The notes under the pieces: model-generated | The model's database searches: none | Told to the model about the DNA's origin: nothing | The model's input: only the letters and a program-made list of their open reading frames with translations | Source of the DNA: a virus | Length of the DNA: 64,000 bases | Reading direction: 5' to 3' (one strand) | IMG/VR virus record: IMGVR_UViG_3300027987_000382 | Span: 1-64,000 of that record | Shown: positions 48,237 through 58,599 of the stretch, piece after piece | Position numbering within the stretch: the first letter of the stretch is position 1 | Layout: each line of letters opens with the position of its first letter | Program-made: the position numbers and the translations under genes

Positions 48237-49155
48237 TTATCTGCATTTCCTGGCTGATGCTTTATCTAGCATCAGAGACCAAATTCTGGCACCGACAGAA
48301 GTCGTCGTCGTCGATGACGCATCCGACGAGAGCTGCGAAGACCTTGTTCAACACTACGGATACCAATATATCAAGACTGAGTACGCCAACCCGCTTCTAG
48401 CAAGGCGAGCAGGATTCGAAGCAACCAAATCCGAATATGTCTGTTTCCTGGATGCCGACGATCGCCTACCATCATCTTATCTTGCACAAGCGATTCTGGC
48501 AGTCAACAATGGCATCGACATCGCCTTCTCCGACATCCAGCACTTTGGCGACAGAGACGACCGGATCAGATACCGTGAAGATATCCCGGCTAGAAGATTA
48601 TGGCAGGTGAACTTCCTTCACATCGGATGCGTTGTCAGCAGAATCGCTGTCGAACTTAGCGAAGCATTCTTAGGCCACCCCAACAGACAGAATTATCACG
48701 AAGACTGGCTGTTCTGGCGGAAAGTCGTCAGATACGGCTTCAAGTACGCCAAGCACAGCGTTCCATACGAAGTGCGAGTGCATAGCGGGAACCGGTCTGC
48801 ATCAATCAGAGAAGGTGGATACATCGCCGAAAGAGCTGTCCGCGACCTCGAGGAAATATGGCATTTCCACACAAACAAAAACTCACTCGACTTCCTCAAA
48901 TTCTTGAATGCGGCAGCCAAGAAGTCAACCGGCGACTATGTCTGTTTGAGCAAGCACAGGAGTCCGATGGAATTCCCAACGTACGACTGGCACGCCATGG
49001 CGATGCATTTGGACCATGATGTCGCGGTGGTACATGACAGTAAGTATGAGTTGTTCGATCACACATTGATCGTGGGGCCGGTATTTCGCGACTACGTCTA
49101 CACCAGCCTCAAGCTTCCGTTCGATGCGAAAACAGAGAGAGTAGTCATAATATGA
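48175..49155 (+). CDS. GT2 glycosyltransferase
   Basis: VVDDASD, FLDADD, HEDW. Confidence 0.88.
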   Translation: MMVSMFLQDRKDVAVIVTNHNYLHFLADALSSIRDQILAPTEVVVVDDASDESCEDLVQHYGYQYIKTEYANPLLARRAGFEATKSEYVCFLDADDRLPSSYLAQAILAVNNGIDIAFSDIQHFGDRDDRIRYREDIPARRLWQVNFLHIGCVVSRIAVELSEAFLGHPNRQNYHEDWLFWRKVVRYGFKYAKHSVPYEVRVHSGNRSASIREGGYIAERAVRDLEEIWHFHTNKNSLDFLKFLNAAAKKSTGDYVCLSKHRSPMEFPTYDWHAMAMHLDHDVAVVHDSKYELFDHTLIVGPVFRDYVYTSLKLPFDAKTERVVII

Positions 49156-50099
49156 ATCACATGGCGACCGTCATCACCCATAATCACATCGATCAAGCAT
49201 TGGCACTCCAGGCGTCGATGCATCGGCACGCCGACACCACAATGCATGTGCTGATCACCAATCCACATAGACAGAAACTACCAGCACTGCGAAAAGAACT
49301 CGGTAGTAACGTCGTCCTACACACGACAGAAGAATTGACTCAGGACCCAAATGTCGGAATCATCGCACGATTCATCGTGTCGAAATATTCATTCCTGTCG
49401 CTCGACGCGGTGCCAGAGCACATCAACCCAAACGACTACCTAAGATGGTCTCTCAAATCCGTATTTCTGCGGATGCTTTTCAATTCTGGCATAGAGAATA
49501 TCTTGTACTGTGACTGCGATCTTTTCTTCTACGAGGACTACACTTTCGTCGTAGACATTTTCAAAGAGAGCAGGATCATCTTATCACCACACTGGCGAGT
49601 AATCAGGCCGATCATCGACAATGATTTCAAGTTTAATTTCATACACGGCCTCTACAACGCCGGTTTTGTTGGGGTGAGGAGGGACGCCAGTGACATGCTC
49701 GAATGGTGGGGCGAAATGTGTGCCCATGAGTGCAGTGCTGACACTTCGATGCACGGCACATATGTCGACCAGAAATACCTCGACATCGTGCCTTTATACT
49801 TCGACGGCGTTCACATTCTCAAACACAAAGGCTGCAACGTAGCCGGGTGGAATCTGAAGCAATTGGAACGCAAGACTGTCGACAACAAAACGACGGTCAA
49901 CGGTGACCCTCTGATTTTCGTTCACTTCTCACCGGTCACAATCGCAAACATCGAAGGCGGTTTTGATCCAATGCTCCATGACGCATACAAGGCATACCAG
50001 GATGAACTGAAGACTCAACGGCTTTGGCTTATGAGAAAGCAAATGCCAGAATGCATTTCGCAACGGCAAGCCGAGGATGACAAGAAAACTGTGATTTAA
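49152..50099 (+). CDS. GT-A glycosyltransferase
   Basis: YCDCD, LSPH, GLYNAGF, DQKYLD, GCNVAGWN. Confidence 0.82.
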   Translation: MNHMATVITHNHIDQALALQASMHRHADTTMHVLITNPHRQKLPALRKELGSNVVLHTTEELTQDPNVGIIARFIVSKYSFLSLDAVPEHINPNDYLRWSLKSVFLRMLFNSGIENILYCDCDLFFYEDYTFVVDIFKESRIILSPHWRVIRPIIDNDFKFNFIHGLYNAGFVGVRRDASDMLEWWGEMCAHECSADTSMHGTYVDQKYLDIVPLYFDGVHILKHKGCNVAGWNLKQLERKTVDNKTTVNGDPLIFVHFSPVTIANIEGGFDPMLHDAYKAYQDELKTQRLWLMRKQMPECISQRQAEDDKKTVI

Positions 50100-51226
50100 T
50101 GTTCAGGACAAGAGAAGAATTCCAAGTTCTGCAAGAAAAGTCTAAGGGCAGACCGAAAATCAAACTGCTCTACGACGGCTCATGTGCTCATTTCTCTAAT
50201 GGGGCCACGCAATTCTTCCTATCTCAGGCCGGATTTCTTGCTGAGTTTTACAACGTCCACCTTCTAGAACCCGGTGACGAACCAGATCTGATTTGGGTGG
50301 CAAGCGATAAATTCAGGCAGGACCACCTCAATTTTGGCGTACCAATCATAGTAGAAGATGTCTTCCAAGGGCCTGATATCTTCGAAGATTGCAGAAAGAT
50401 CATCAAGCACGAACAGGTCGTGATCTTTCTGAAGGCCATGATGGTTCGCGACCACACTATCCACAACAAAGAGCTGTGGAATCATTCGATCCATCAAGAC
50501 AAAATCGGCGAGCTGGCGAATCTCACAACAACTCGAGGATTCAGAACACCCGAGTTAACAGAAGCCGACTATCAGAAAGTGCGGCTCTCTTGGAACTATA
50601 TCGCCTGGCCGCATTTCAGGCACGGCTTCAATAACGACCACCGTCCGCTCAGGGAATTTTATCTTGACACTACCATTCAGTATTGTTATCCGCTTTACGA
50701 ATTACCTGAGTCAGGGAGCTTTCTTACCTGCGAACGCGAATACGACGTAAACTTCATTGGCAACATCCACAAATGGCCCGATTCAGTCCCGCTGATTCAG
50801 TACCACCGTGAAGCCGCATTTCAAGCTCTCCAAGAATGTCCAGGCAATAATCTGCTAATTGACAAGAACGACATTGGCTGGCATGAATATTGGCACAAAC
50901 TCAGACAATCCAAGATTGTCGTCTCGCCATGGGGATGGGAACCTGTCACTATCAGAGACATCGAGGCAGTTCTTGCTGGTTGCGTCCTCGTCAAACCAGA
51001 AACCGGTTTCGTTCAGACTTACCCGCATATACCATCAATCAATTGTAAGATCGACTTCTCTAACCTGCAAGAAGTCGTACAGATGATCTTGGACAGATGG
51101 CCATCGACCGAAGATTTCAGGAAGACCGCCTATAATCAATTGCTTTCGGACTCGAAAACCCTAATCCAGCGGCTATACAGCATCATTCGTGATGCCCTGC
51201 CTCATCTACAGGATTCGTCCGGATAA
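50099..51226 (+). CDS. GT-B-like glycosyltransferase
   Basis: SKIVVSPWG...RDIEAVLAGCVLVKP. Confidence 0.72.
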   Translation: MFRTREEFQVLQEKSKGRPKIKLLYDGSCAHFSNGATQFFLSQAGFLAEFYNVHLLEPGDEPDLIWVASDKFRQDHLNFGVPIIVEDVFQGPDIFEDCRKIIKHEQVVIFLKAMMVRDHTIHNKELWNHSIHQDKIGELANLTTTRGFRTPELTEADYQKVRLSWNYIAWPHFRHGFNNDHRPLREFYLDTTIQYCYPLYELPESGSFLTCEREYDVNFIGNIHKWPDSVPLIQYHREAAFQALQECPGNNLLIDKNDIGWHEYWHKLRQSKIVVSPWGWEPVTIRDIEAVLAGCVLVKPETGFVQTYPHIPSINCKIDFSNLQEVVQMILDRWPSTEDFRKTAYNQLLSDSKTLIQRLYSIIRDALPHLQDSSG

Positions 51227-51861
51227 GCGGTCACTTCCGCAAAATGATGGACGTAGTATTGGTCCATGTGGGCAACCAGGAAGCCCATGTTCTTGTAGGT
51301 CGTTGAGAACGTCCATTCGTGTAATCTAACGATTGGATACTCACCTGCAGCCTTGATGGCAGACACGTCATGAAGGGCCGGATTCAAAGTGAAACCTGGC
51401 CACCCGGTCTCCGGAACAAAATAGGGCGTCCCTCTCGATGTCCGCCCTTCAAGGGCAGTGTCTTGTGGTTCGCGGCCGTGCGAATAAGGTGTCAGGATGG
51501 CCGTCTTCAGTGAGCGATCGTGCCACAAAACATCGAGCAGCATTTCTATCAATCGAGCTGGCCGGACAATCTCCCAATCGTCCTCCCAATGGAGCATATA
51601 GTCGCTCGTGACAGCTGCGAAGAGCCGTCTCAACGAAGCGGCGTGGCCGCCTTCTCCCCACAGAAACTCGAAATTGGGGAAAGCTGATTCCATCCGATTG
51701 CGATCAGCATCAGATGAAGAATCATCACTGCAGAGATATCTCGTTATGAGATGTGAATCGAGACAATTCTTCTTTAGCGATTCAATTGTCCGCAGGAAAC
51801 AATCGAGCCTGCGGGAAGTAGTGATCGTGAACGTTATCGATATCGGTTCATTGAACATCAA
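51202..51861 (-). CDS. GT2-like glycosyltransferase
   Basis: SDDSS, HWEDDW, FTLNP. Confidence 0.75.
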   Translation of the reverse strand: MMFNEPISITFTITTSRRLDCFLRTIESLKKNCLDSHLITRYLCSDDSSSDADRNRMESAFPNFEFLWGEGGHAASLRRLFAAVTSDYMLHWEDDWEIVRPARLIEMLLDVLWHDRSLKTAILTPYSHGREPQDTALEGRTSRGTPYFVPETGWPGFTLNPALHDVSAIKAAGEYPIVRLHEWTFSTTYKNMGFLVAHMDQYYVHHFAEVTAYPDESCR

Positions 51862-52982
51862 AACATTTCAGCTGCCTTGAGGCACCCAGTCGCAACACTG
51901 TAGAGCGGTTTGTCTGATCTGAAGATCTGCCCAATTTCGAAAGGCAAAGTCTTCTCATCAAACTTGGCCGCAACACGTTCAATGAAGCCCTGTGGAGAGC
52001 TAGTGCCGCCCGCCATATAGACGTTGACCGCTCCGTCGATCCTGGCACGATCCTCGTTCTCAACAAATCCAGCAACAATGCCGTCGATCACCTTCGAGAT
52101 GAGAACGTCATAGTGAAGGACGATATCGAGCCCAACACGATCTTCCGGCTCAACGCCGGGCGTCAAGTCGACTGATTCCTTCCGTTTGGCAACCGTTGTC
52201 GGTGTCTCCTTCGATTTCCTCACGAGAGAACCGGCGTCGGGATCGTAACCGTGCCTTTTGGCTACTTCCGTATCAATCCAGTCGCCAGCACCGACATAGC
52301 AGAACGAGTAGATTTCCTCGCCCCACTTCACATAGCTGACGGTAACAGTGCCTGCTCCCCAGGAGATACCAATACCCGTGCCTTCACTGCCGTGCTCTTC
52401 GTCCATATCGAGGACAATGGCATGCGATTCTTTGATAGCACCTTTTCGGTCGTCGTAGGGACCGACAAGTTCGATTGTCGCGTCTGTCTCATAGCCTTCA
52501 ATGATGAGATTGACGACGCGTTCGTGGTACTCGATGTTGCTGGTTCGTTTGTTGATGGCCGGGGCCGTTGTGCAGTAGCAGATTTTCAGTTCTTTGCCGA
52601 ATGTGCCGATCTCATGTTCGGCCATCTCCATCAAGCCTTGAACGATACTCGCGAGGATCGTCATCGCCTCTTCGTCTTGCGAGATACCGCCTTCTGCCAT
52701 TGGCCTACGTAAGGTGTCATTTTTGGCATACGCGAATTCTTCTGCGTCTTTGCCAAGCACGACGATTTGGCCGCTGTCTGGCATTTTGATCCAGCGGGCT
52801 GGCCGCTTGGTGCCGTCTGACCGGACCTTGTTCGGATCTGCGAGAAGTTTCTCAATGAACGTGGTGGCTCGTTCGAATGGCCACCAGCCATTTATCTCGG
52901 AGATATAATGCACCTTACCATCATCGTCGCGGAATGCAACGACGACGGTTTTGGTCCCAATATCGATACCCAACTGGCTCAT
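51858..52982 (-). CDS. actin-like ATPase (MreB/ParM superfamily)
   Basis: GIDIGT, RRPMAEG, SWGAGT, AGDWID, AGGTS; AGGAG RBS before MSQLGIDIG. Confidence 0.85.
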   Translation of the reverse strand: MSQLGIDIGTKTVVVAFRDDDGKVHYISEINGWWPFERATTFIEKLLADPNKVRSDGTKRPARWIKMPDSGQIVVLGKDAEEFAYAKNDTLRRPMAEGGISQDEEAMTILASIVQGLMEMAEHEIGTFGKELKICYCTTAPAINKRTSNIEYHERVVNLIIEGYETDATIELVGPYDDRKGAIKESHAIVLDMDEEHGSEGTGIGISWGAGTVTVSYVKWGEEIYSFCYVGAGDWIDTEVAKRHGYDPDAGSLVRKSKETPTTVAKRKESVDLTPGVEPEDRVGLDIVLHYDVLISKVIDGIVAGFVENEDRARIDGAVNVYMAGGTSSPQGFIERVAAKFDEKTLPFEIGQIFRSDKPLYSVATGCLKAAEMF

Positions 52983-53070
52983 CAGCACTCTCCTACCGGT
53001 GAAGACGTCACCGAGGCTATATACTTGGTAGTTCGGTGCAGCCGAAACTCGGCTACCTTCTGCGGGGGCG

Positions 53071-53286
53071 TCAACCGCCTTTGGTTCTGCGGGTGAAGAT
53101 TCCTGGAGAGGTTTGCTTTCTTGGTACTCCTGATACCCCACAGCAGCTTCCGGAATCGACTCCGGCTTCGGTGGCTCCGGCTGCGGCGGACTCGGCTTCG
53201 CAACAGGTTTCTTCTGCTGCGGCAGCGTCTTGACTCTCTTCTCCACAACAGGAGGGGTGGATTGGGTCAAGCGGGTATTTTGACAT
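53071..53286 (-). CDS. small Cys-Cys-rich protein
   Basis: GAGGA upstream; three CC pairs. Confidence 0.4.
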   Translation of the reverse strand: MSKYPLDPIHPSCCGEESQDAAAAEETCCEAESAAAGATEAGVDSGSCCGVSGVPRKQTSPGIFTRRTKGG

Positions 53287-53304
53287 TGGACTACTTTCGT
53301 TTCC

Positions 53305-53655
53305 TCAGCCTGGATCGTTATCTCTTTTGTGAAGTTGTGAACCGCCATCATCTTTACCGACACGAGAGCCGAAACCACCTTCTGGCCTTGGCGGTTTTTT
53401 GAGGTTGGGGGCGACAATTTCCGGCGGGAGTTCTTGGACTGATGTTGTTCCTCCGTCGAAGCCCTTGCTCTTGCTAGGTCCAGTTGATTCTGAATCGACT
53501 GGAGCAACTCGTCGTTCGCTCCAGGCATTTAGTAACTCTCTCAATAAGGTTGGTGGAAGGTGAAGCTTGCCAAGAGCACGCCACACAATCACAAGGAAGG
53601 CGATCTCGCATGCCAACGTTCCCATCAGAAAAATTGACAGCACGACCTCAATCAT
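53305..53655 (-). CDS. single-pass membrane protein
   Basis: N-terminal TM helix; coupled start. Confidence 0.6.
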   Translation of the reverse strand: MIEVVLSIFLMGTLACEIAFLVIVWRALGKLHLPPTLLRELLNAWSERRVAPVDSESTGPSKSKGFDGGTTSVQELPPEIVAPNLKKPPRPEGGFGSRVGKDDGGSQLHKRDNDPG

Positions 53656-55076
53656 ACGTGATTGACTCTGATTAGCGGAATACCAAGTGAAACGGCAAGC
53701 TTCCCAAGCTGATCAAGACCAAACTCGGAAAACGTGAACTTCCTCCGAGAACCCTCGGAATCAGGCCACAACTTACCTCCATCATAGTATTCTATTTTCG
53801 CTGAATGACTCTTCCCACCCACAATCTTATTGTCGCACCCGAACAATGATATTGTTCGCGGTCCAAGAAACAACGCGAAATTCACAGCCGCATGCAACGA
53901 CTGCTCGAAATTGCAGAAAGGAAGCGACTCAGAGATCACCTTCCCAACAACACCCGCCAACTCAAACTGGTAGCAATCAGCCACCACTTCGCCAGCAGGA
54001 ATATACTCTGCCAAAGTCCGATCGATCAAAGCCATCGGCAGAACAAACTGCTTGTCCTCGTACCTCTCCCGAAGCTTAATTGCAACATGCGACGAGTCAG
54101 TGACGACCATGTCTGCATCGAACGCCAAGCCCATGTAATCGACAGCGATGATAATATCGTGACGATATACCAAGCCAGGATCAACCAAATCGACAGAAGG
54201 ACCAGGACCGACAACAGCAATTGACTTACCAGCCGCAGTGCCGTAGAGGTCATAAATACCACCAAGTTCCGGCTGCGTTCGCTGCAACAGCCAATCGATC
54301 TTATGAACCTGACGATCCTGCACCTTCATCAGATTAACAAGACGGCCAGTGTTCAACTCACTCGGCTTCACACCCCTGGCAGAATAGAACCTACTCGAAT
54401 GCTCTGGCATCCAAATCTCAACAATCCGCGACAAATTGTTGACGGTGTTCTTGCTTGAATCAATGGTATGTCTGGTCGCAATATAACTGTCGTCATCGAT
54501 CTCGACAGAGCCACCAAACAACCACGCTCGAATCGATAGCTCCAGGTCCTCGCCAGCACCACGGACCATCCCCTCATCAAACCCACCAAGATGCTCAAAG
54601 AAGGCCGCTGACACGACAATGCAATTTGATGAAACAGCGGGCGACTCAGCGGTCTGGAAAGCGGGACGGCTATAAAGAGACAGATCCCATCTCCAACCGA
54701 ATCGCTTCCACGAATTATTCTCGGTGGACCAAAAGTCGGTGTTGAGAGTATGAATTACCGGACTCACCAACTTATTCGCGTCGTTACTGACGCGGGACAC
54801 GAGGGGCTGCAACCAGTCACGCCCGACTTTGACGGTGTCTCGCAAGAAGACGAGTTCTTTTGAAGTGGCGACTTTAGCTGCTGCGTTCCAACATTTGGAT
54901 CGCCCTTCGTGGTTTGTGTCTAGGATGACGGTCGCACGCGGGTTCTCGTACTTCTCACCCGTGTCGTTGCAGATGATGATATCTTCTAGCAGGTAGGACG
55001 GAGTTTTGTCGACAATTTCATCAAGCGTCTTGTCGATATACTTCGTGTCCGCTAAGTAGAGAATGACGGAAGCCAT
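53652..55076 (-). CDS. GT2 (ppGalNAc-T-like) domain fused to a DUF115/Maf-like domain
   Basis: GGFDEGM..GEDLELSIRAWLFGG; AVVGPGPS...LFGCD. Confidence 0.75.
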   Translation of the reverse strand: MASVILYLADTKYIDKTLDEIVDKTPSYLLEDIIICNDTGEKYENPRATVILDTNHEGRSKCWNAAAKVATSKELVFLRDTVKVGRDWLQPLVSRVSNDANKLVSPVIHTLNTDFWSTENNSWKRFGWRWDLSLYSRPAFQTAESPAVSSNCIVVSAAFFEHLGGFDEGMVRGAGEDLELSIRAWLFGGSVEIDDDSYIATRHTIDSSKNTVNNLSRIVEIWMPEHSSRFYSARGVKPSELNTGRLVNLMKVQDRQVHKIDWLLQRTQPELGGIYDLYGTAAGKSIAVVGPGPSVDLVDPGLVYRHDIIIAVDYMGLAFDADMVVTDSSHVAIKLRERYEDKQFVLPMALIDRTLAEYIPAGEVVADCYQFELAGVVGKVISESLPFCNFEQSLHAAVNFALFLGPRTISLFGCDNKIVGGKSHSAKIEYYDGGKLWPDSEGSRRKFTFSEFGLDQLGKLAVSLGIPLIRVNHV

Positions 55077-55095
55077 GGGTACCTCATTATTCCGT

Positions 55096-56883
55096 CTACG
55101 TACGCACTTTCCACTTACGCGTACCCATTTGGAGCTGAGGCGATGCCTGTTGACCTCCCAATTGAATGTCTTCTACTCCGGCCTTCCGTGCTGCCGCCGC
55201 TGTTGGTGATGGCGGTGGCGGTGGAGGTGGCGGAGGTGGGGGTGGGGGAGGCGGAGGCGGAGGCGGGGGAGGAGGGTCGCCGGTACAGGGTGCATCCTGT
55301 ACCTTGGGACAATAAAAGAAGTCATCTTGGCAGCACTTGTCCTCTTCAGGCTCCGGAGCCATGACGATAGGGTATGGATATTTCCCAGGACGAACTGAAT
55401 CTGGGCCGAACCATTTGACCGTCGAATCGCACGCTGGGACGTCGGTGTCCGGAATCCAATTGAACTTGTGCCTGTCATAATGCCTCCTGGTAAAACAGCC
55501 TGGCTGCGGGTCCCAATGAAGCAGATTGAGTTCCGGCAATTCGTCGGCCTCAAGTTCTACTTCAAAACGATTGACTCGTTTGCACTCTTCCAGAGTCATC
55601 TCAGCCGCAGCAAAGACGCTCTTTAGAGCATTGGTGTTCGCTAGTGTGCCAGAATCAGGAAGCAGACTTACCTTATCAACGCATACCTCAGAGAACAATT
55701 CAGAACACAGTGTGAAAATGATTTCACGATCGCAATCAAGCCTCGCATTGACGATCGGGCAAGTAGCCACAATGTTGGTATCGTCGATGAGGCACTCGAC
55801 GACCTTGACCTTGCACTCACCCGGTTCGCCCTTCAGACCATTCGGACCTTTCTGGCGAGATTTGATACACCAGTCATCGACACTTAAGTCAGACCACTGA
55901 TTCCCAGGCTCGAGAATAATCGAGCCGCACACAATATTCGTCACAGGATCGAACTCAATCGTATTCGCCGTGCGAACAGTATCAACTGCGACGCCGGTGC
56001 CCGACACAGTCACCTTAGTCGGATCAGATGGATTCACTTCAACAACAACACTAGGAGTGGTCGCTACAGTCGATCCAGTTGGAAAGACAGAGACCAAACT
56101 CAACGGAATATCACACAAGCTATTTTGAGCCAAAATGCCCATGCTCCGCTGAGTCAAAAGCTCTCTAGTCCGCTGGAGCTTTGGCATCACCTCGTCACGA
56201 GGGTCCCGGCCTGTGTAATAGACCGCCAGATTGTGCATCTGCTCCTTCTGAGCAGCCGTGCTACCAATCGGCAGACTGACTTCAAATAGCCGGATAGAAA
56301 TATTCGGAACAACATCGCCCGGAAGAGGTACCGGGCCGTCCTTCACCAACGGAGTCGGCGTAAAGATGGCAAAATCCATTTGATCGCCATTGACAGCGGA
56401 CGGAGAAAAGCACACCTCCGCCGCACCAACTATACCAGGCAGACCAGTATCACCTTTGTCTCCCTTCGGCCCTCTGGTACCAGGGCATACTTCCTTCATC
56501 AAGATCTGGAAGAACCGACCCTTATCGACCTCGATACGAAGACAGTCTTCCCCTTCCTGACGAAATCGGAAGAGTTTGTCACTCGATCGGAAATAATACC
56601 AATACGCATCCCGACCAGGGAGCAACTTCAGGGTAGAGAGATTCGGATCAAGATCAACGTAGGATTGCAGCTTGCGAAGAATCGAGAAAATGTCTGAGGT
56701 GATCAGACCATTATTCTGTTCCGTGACCAAAGGGGCCGCAGCGATCGTTCCTGCTGAAATCCAACCATTACTGTCCGGGTCGTATCGCCACCTATTACCG
56801 TAGCGATCGCATATCTCATCTCCCTCGACCCCTTTTCGAGGCAAGCGTGGTTTGGTTATGCAAGTATCAGTCGCCATACTCAT
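55096..56883 (-). CDS. putative virion/structural protein with short collagen-like GxY runs and a poly-Pro tract
   Basis: GTRGPKGDKGDTGLPG, GPNGLKGEPG, 22 consecutive Pro. Confidence 0.7.
   Translation of the reverse strand: MSMATDTCITKPRLPRKGVEGDEICDRYGNRWRYDPDSNGWISAGTIAAAPLVTEQNNGLITSDIFSILRKLQSYVDLDPNLSTLKLLPGRDAYWYYFRSSDKLFRFRQEGEDCLRIEVDKGRFFQILMKEVCPGTRGPKGDKGDTGLPGIVGAAEVCFSPSAVNGDQMDFAIFTPTPLVKDGPVPLPGDVVPNISIRLFEVSLPIGSTAAQKEQMHNLAVYYTGRDPRDEVMPKLQRTRELLTQRSMGILAQNSLCDIPLSLVSVFPTGSTVATTPSVVVEVNPSDPTKVTVSGTGVAVDTVRTANTIEFDPVTNIVCGSIILEPGNQWSDLSVDDWCIKSRQKGPNGLKGEPGECKVKVVECLIDDTNIVATCPIVNARLDCDREIIFTLCSELFSEVCVDKVSLLPDSGTLANTNALKSVFAAAEMTLEECKRVNRFEVELEADELPELNLLHWDPQPGCFTRRHYDRHKFNWIPDTDVPACDSTVKWFGPDSVRPGKYPYPIVMAPEPEEDKCCQDDFFYCPKVQDAPCTGDPPPPPPPPPPPPPPPPPPPPPPSPTAAAARKAGVEDIQLGGQQASPQLQMGTRKWKVRT
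55210..55275 (-). repeat. 22-codon polyproline tract
   Basis: (CCN)22 with mixed codons. Confidence 0.9.
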
Positions 56884-56886
56884 TTC

Positions 56887-57360
56887 TCAAGAGGACTTGA
56901 ATTCTTCCAGAATAGCACGTATCTCGCTGTCCTCTGATTTATTTTTCGCCAGATTGACCCATTTGCAAACCAATTGCACATTCTCTTTAGAGTACGGTCC
57001 GGAATTCTGGATACGGTCAAGACTCACCCGTTTCAAACAATGCCTGGCGATCGTCATCCCCATCCCAGTAATCGCACATTTCCCATCTTGTCTGTCCCAC
57101 AGCTCTTGTAAGAACTGTGAATCAATTGATACTTCGATCGTTCGAAGCCCACGGCTTTTACGGGATTTGGCCGCATTCAACAAAGTGTAAAGAGCACCCG
57201 ACAGGGTTTCGTCTTTCCACTTCTTTATAGATTTCTTCTGAGATTCGGCGAATTTCTCAGGATTCCGTTCTCGCCATGATTCGTTATATCCCTGGACCTT
57301 GTCTTTATTGCGTTGCCGCCAGTCTCGGTCATATTGTTTCTGTGCTTCGGTTTTAGCCAT
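56887..57360 (-). CDS. His-Me finger/HNH-like endonuclease
   Basis: QDGKCAITG...SLDRI...Y...NVQLVC..VN..K. Confidence 0.78.
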   Translation of the reverse strand: MAKTEAQKQYDRDWRQRNKDKVQGYNESWRERNPEKFAESQKKSIKKWKDETLSGALYTLLNAAKSRKSRGLRTIEVSIDSQFLQELWDRQDGKCAITGMGMTIARHCLKRVSLDRIQNSGPYSKENVQLVCKWVNLAKNKSEDSEIRAILEEFKSS

Positions 57361-57427
57361 GATTGCTCCTATCTTTACTCTATGTTTGCAAAAGATAGAG
57401 ATCAGCACATCAAAACAAAATTAGAGT

Positions 57428-57856
57428 ATGAAACTCCGGCAAATCACCGAAAACGACGAGTACGAAGGACTCGAAGACGACGACGAGTTCATGGAAGGCT
57501 GCATCTACTGCGGCATGACCCCAGACGTCACCGACATCATTCAATTCGACGGCGAAGACGTCTGCGTCGATTGCATCGAAGAACGCCCTATGTACGAATG
57601 GCTGCGAGACAATCCAGAGAAAGCCAAAGAACACCTCTGGAAGCTCACCGAGAACGAACTAGCCAAAGACGGCGAGGCATACGGACTTGGCAACATCGAA
57701 GTCGAAGAAGTGTCACGTCATAAAGGCAAGATCAAACTAGACTTCACAGTGACAGCCCACTCTGGCTACTACAACAACCCACAATCCACCGCCGAAATCC
57801 TGGCTGCCAGAGTCAAAGCGGCTCGTAACGCATCATCAACAGCTCGGGGGTGGTAG
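57428..57856 (+). CDS. YEGLEDDDEF-tag protein with Zn ribbon
   Basis: MKLRQITE-NDEYEGLEDDDEF, CIYC..CVDC. Confidence 0.8.
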   Translation: MKLRQITENDEYEGLEDDDEFMEGCIYCGMTPDVTDIIQFDGEDVCVDCIEERPMYEWLRDNPEKAKEHLWKLTENELAKDGEAYGLGNIEVEEVSRHKGKIKLDFTVTAHSGYYNNPQSTAEILAARVKAARNASSTARGW

Positions 57857-58363
57857 ACTGGACGGATAGACGAACGGGATTCCACTGTCCGGGAAATCCC
57901 GCAGCAGGTGTCTGAAGTAATCTTTCACCTTGTCATGCACCTGATTATGCTCCAAGATCTCCCTGGAGTCAAGCCACACATGCTCAGAGTGTTGGCTGTC
58001 CGTAGTAATGTCGTCTTGCAGTATCCGCAAGAGATAAGCTGACACGACGTAGTGAGTCGAGATTCCTTCGACCTCCAGGAAATTGTCGTGATAGATGTGA
58101 TCCCAGGTACCGATCGACTCGGCTTCGGCAATATCGAGTCTGACTCCAAGCTCTGTTTCAGTTATCCTTGCGTAGGCATCACCCATCTTCTCGCCTTTGA
58201 GAATCACGCCACCAAAGGTGAACAACCAGCCTTTAGCTGGCCGGTTGACGCGAAGGCCAAGAAGGAATTTACCGTCTCTCCTCTGCACAAGCAGATCAAT
58301 CGATGGTAGTGGTGCGAGTGTGAGGACTTTGAAATAGTCCTCTTGTGATAATTTCTGCGTCAT
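57836..58363 (-). CDS. gmm: GDP-mannose mannosyl hydrolase (Nudix)
   Basis: PLPSIDL, NRPAKG, ARITETELG, STHYVV, QHSE. Confidence 0.87.
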   Translation of the reverse strand: MTQKLSQEDYFKVLTLAPLPSIDLLVQRRDGKFLLGLRVNRPAKGWLFTFGGVILKGEKMGDAYARITETELGVRLDIAEAESIGTWDHIYHDNFLEVEGISTHYVVSAYLLRILQDDITTDSQHSEHVWLDSREILEHNQVHDKVKDYFRHLLRDFPDSGIPFVYPSSLPPPSC

Positions 58364-58548
58364 GATACTGTCGCCGGGCAGATTTCCTTGTTATTCATAC
58401 CTCTGTTATGTAACTCAGTGACGAATCTCCTGAATTTTTCGACAGCTTCAGGATAGCTGTCTGCTTCGAGCGTCGCCTTGATTCCGAATTCTTCACAGGT
58501 GATTTCCCATGTTCGGATTTTGACGAATCTCACGAGGATTGCATTCAT
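58360..58548 (-). CDS. small hypothetical protein
   Basis: GGGGGAG RBS; coupled to gmm. Confidence 0.5.
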   Translation of the reverse strand: MNAILVRFVKIRTWEITCEEFGIKATLEADSYPEAVEKFRRFVTELHNRGMNNKEICPATVS

Positions 58549-58599
58549 AGTTCGATTCTCCCCCCGTCCTAATCGCAAAAAACCTTTTTGGGTTTCTTT

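Noticed and set aside
52983-53528. N-terminal ~180 aa of the 556-aa ORF as part of the actin-like protein
   Set aside because: A strong RBS precedes MSQLGIDIG at 52982, and better-supported small ORFs occupy other frames upstream; probably an open shadow frame.
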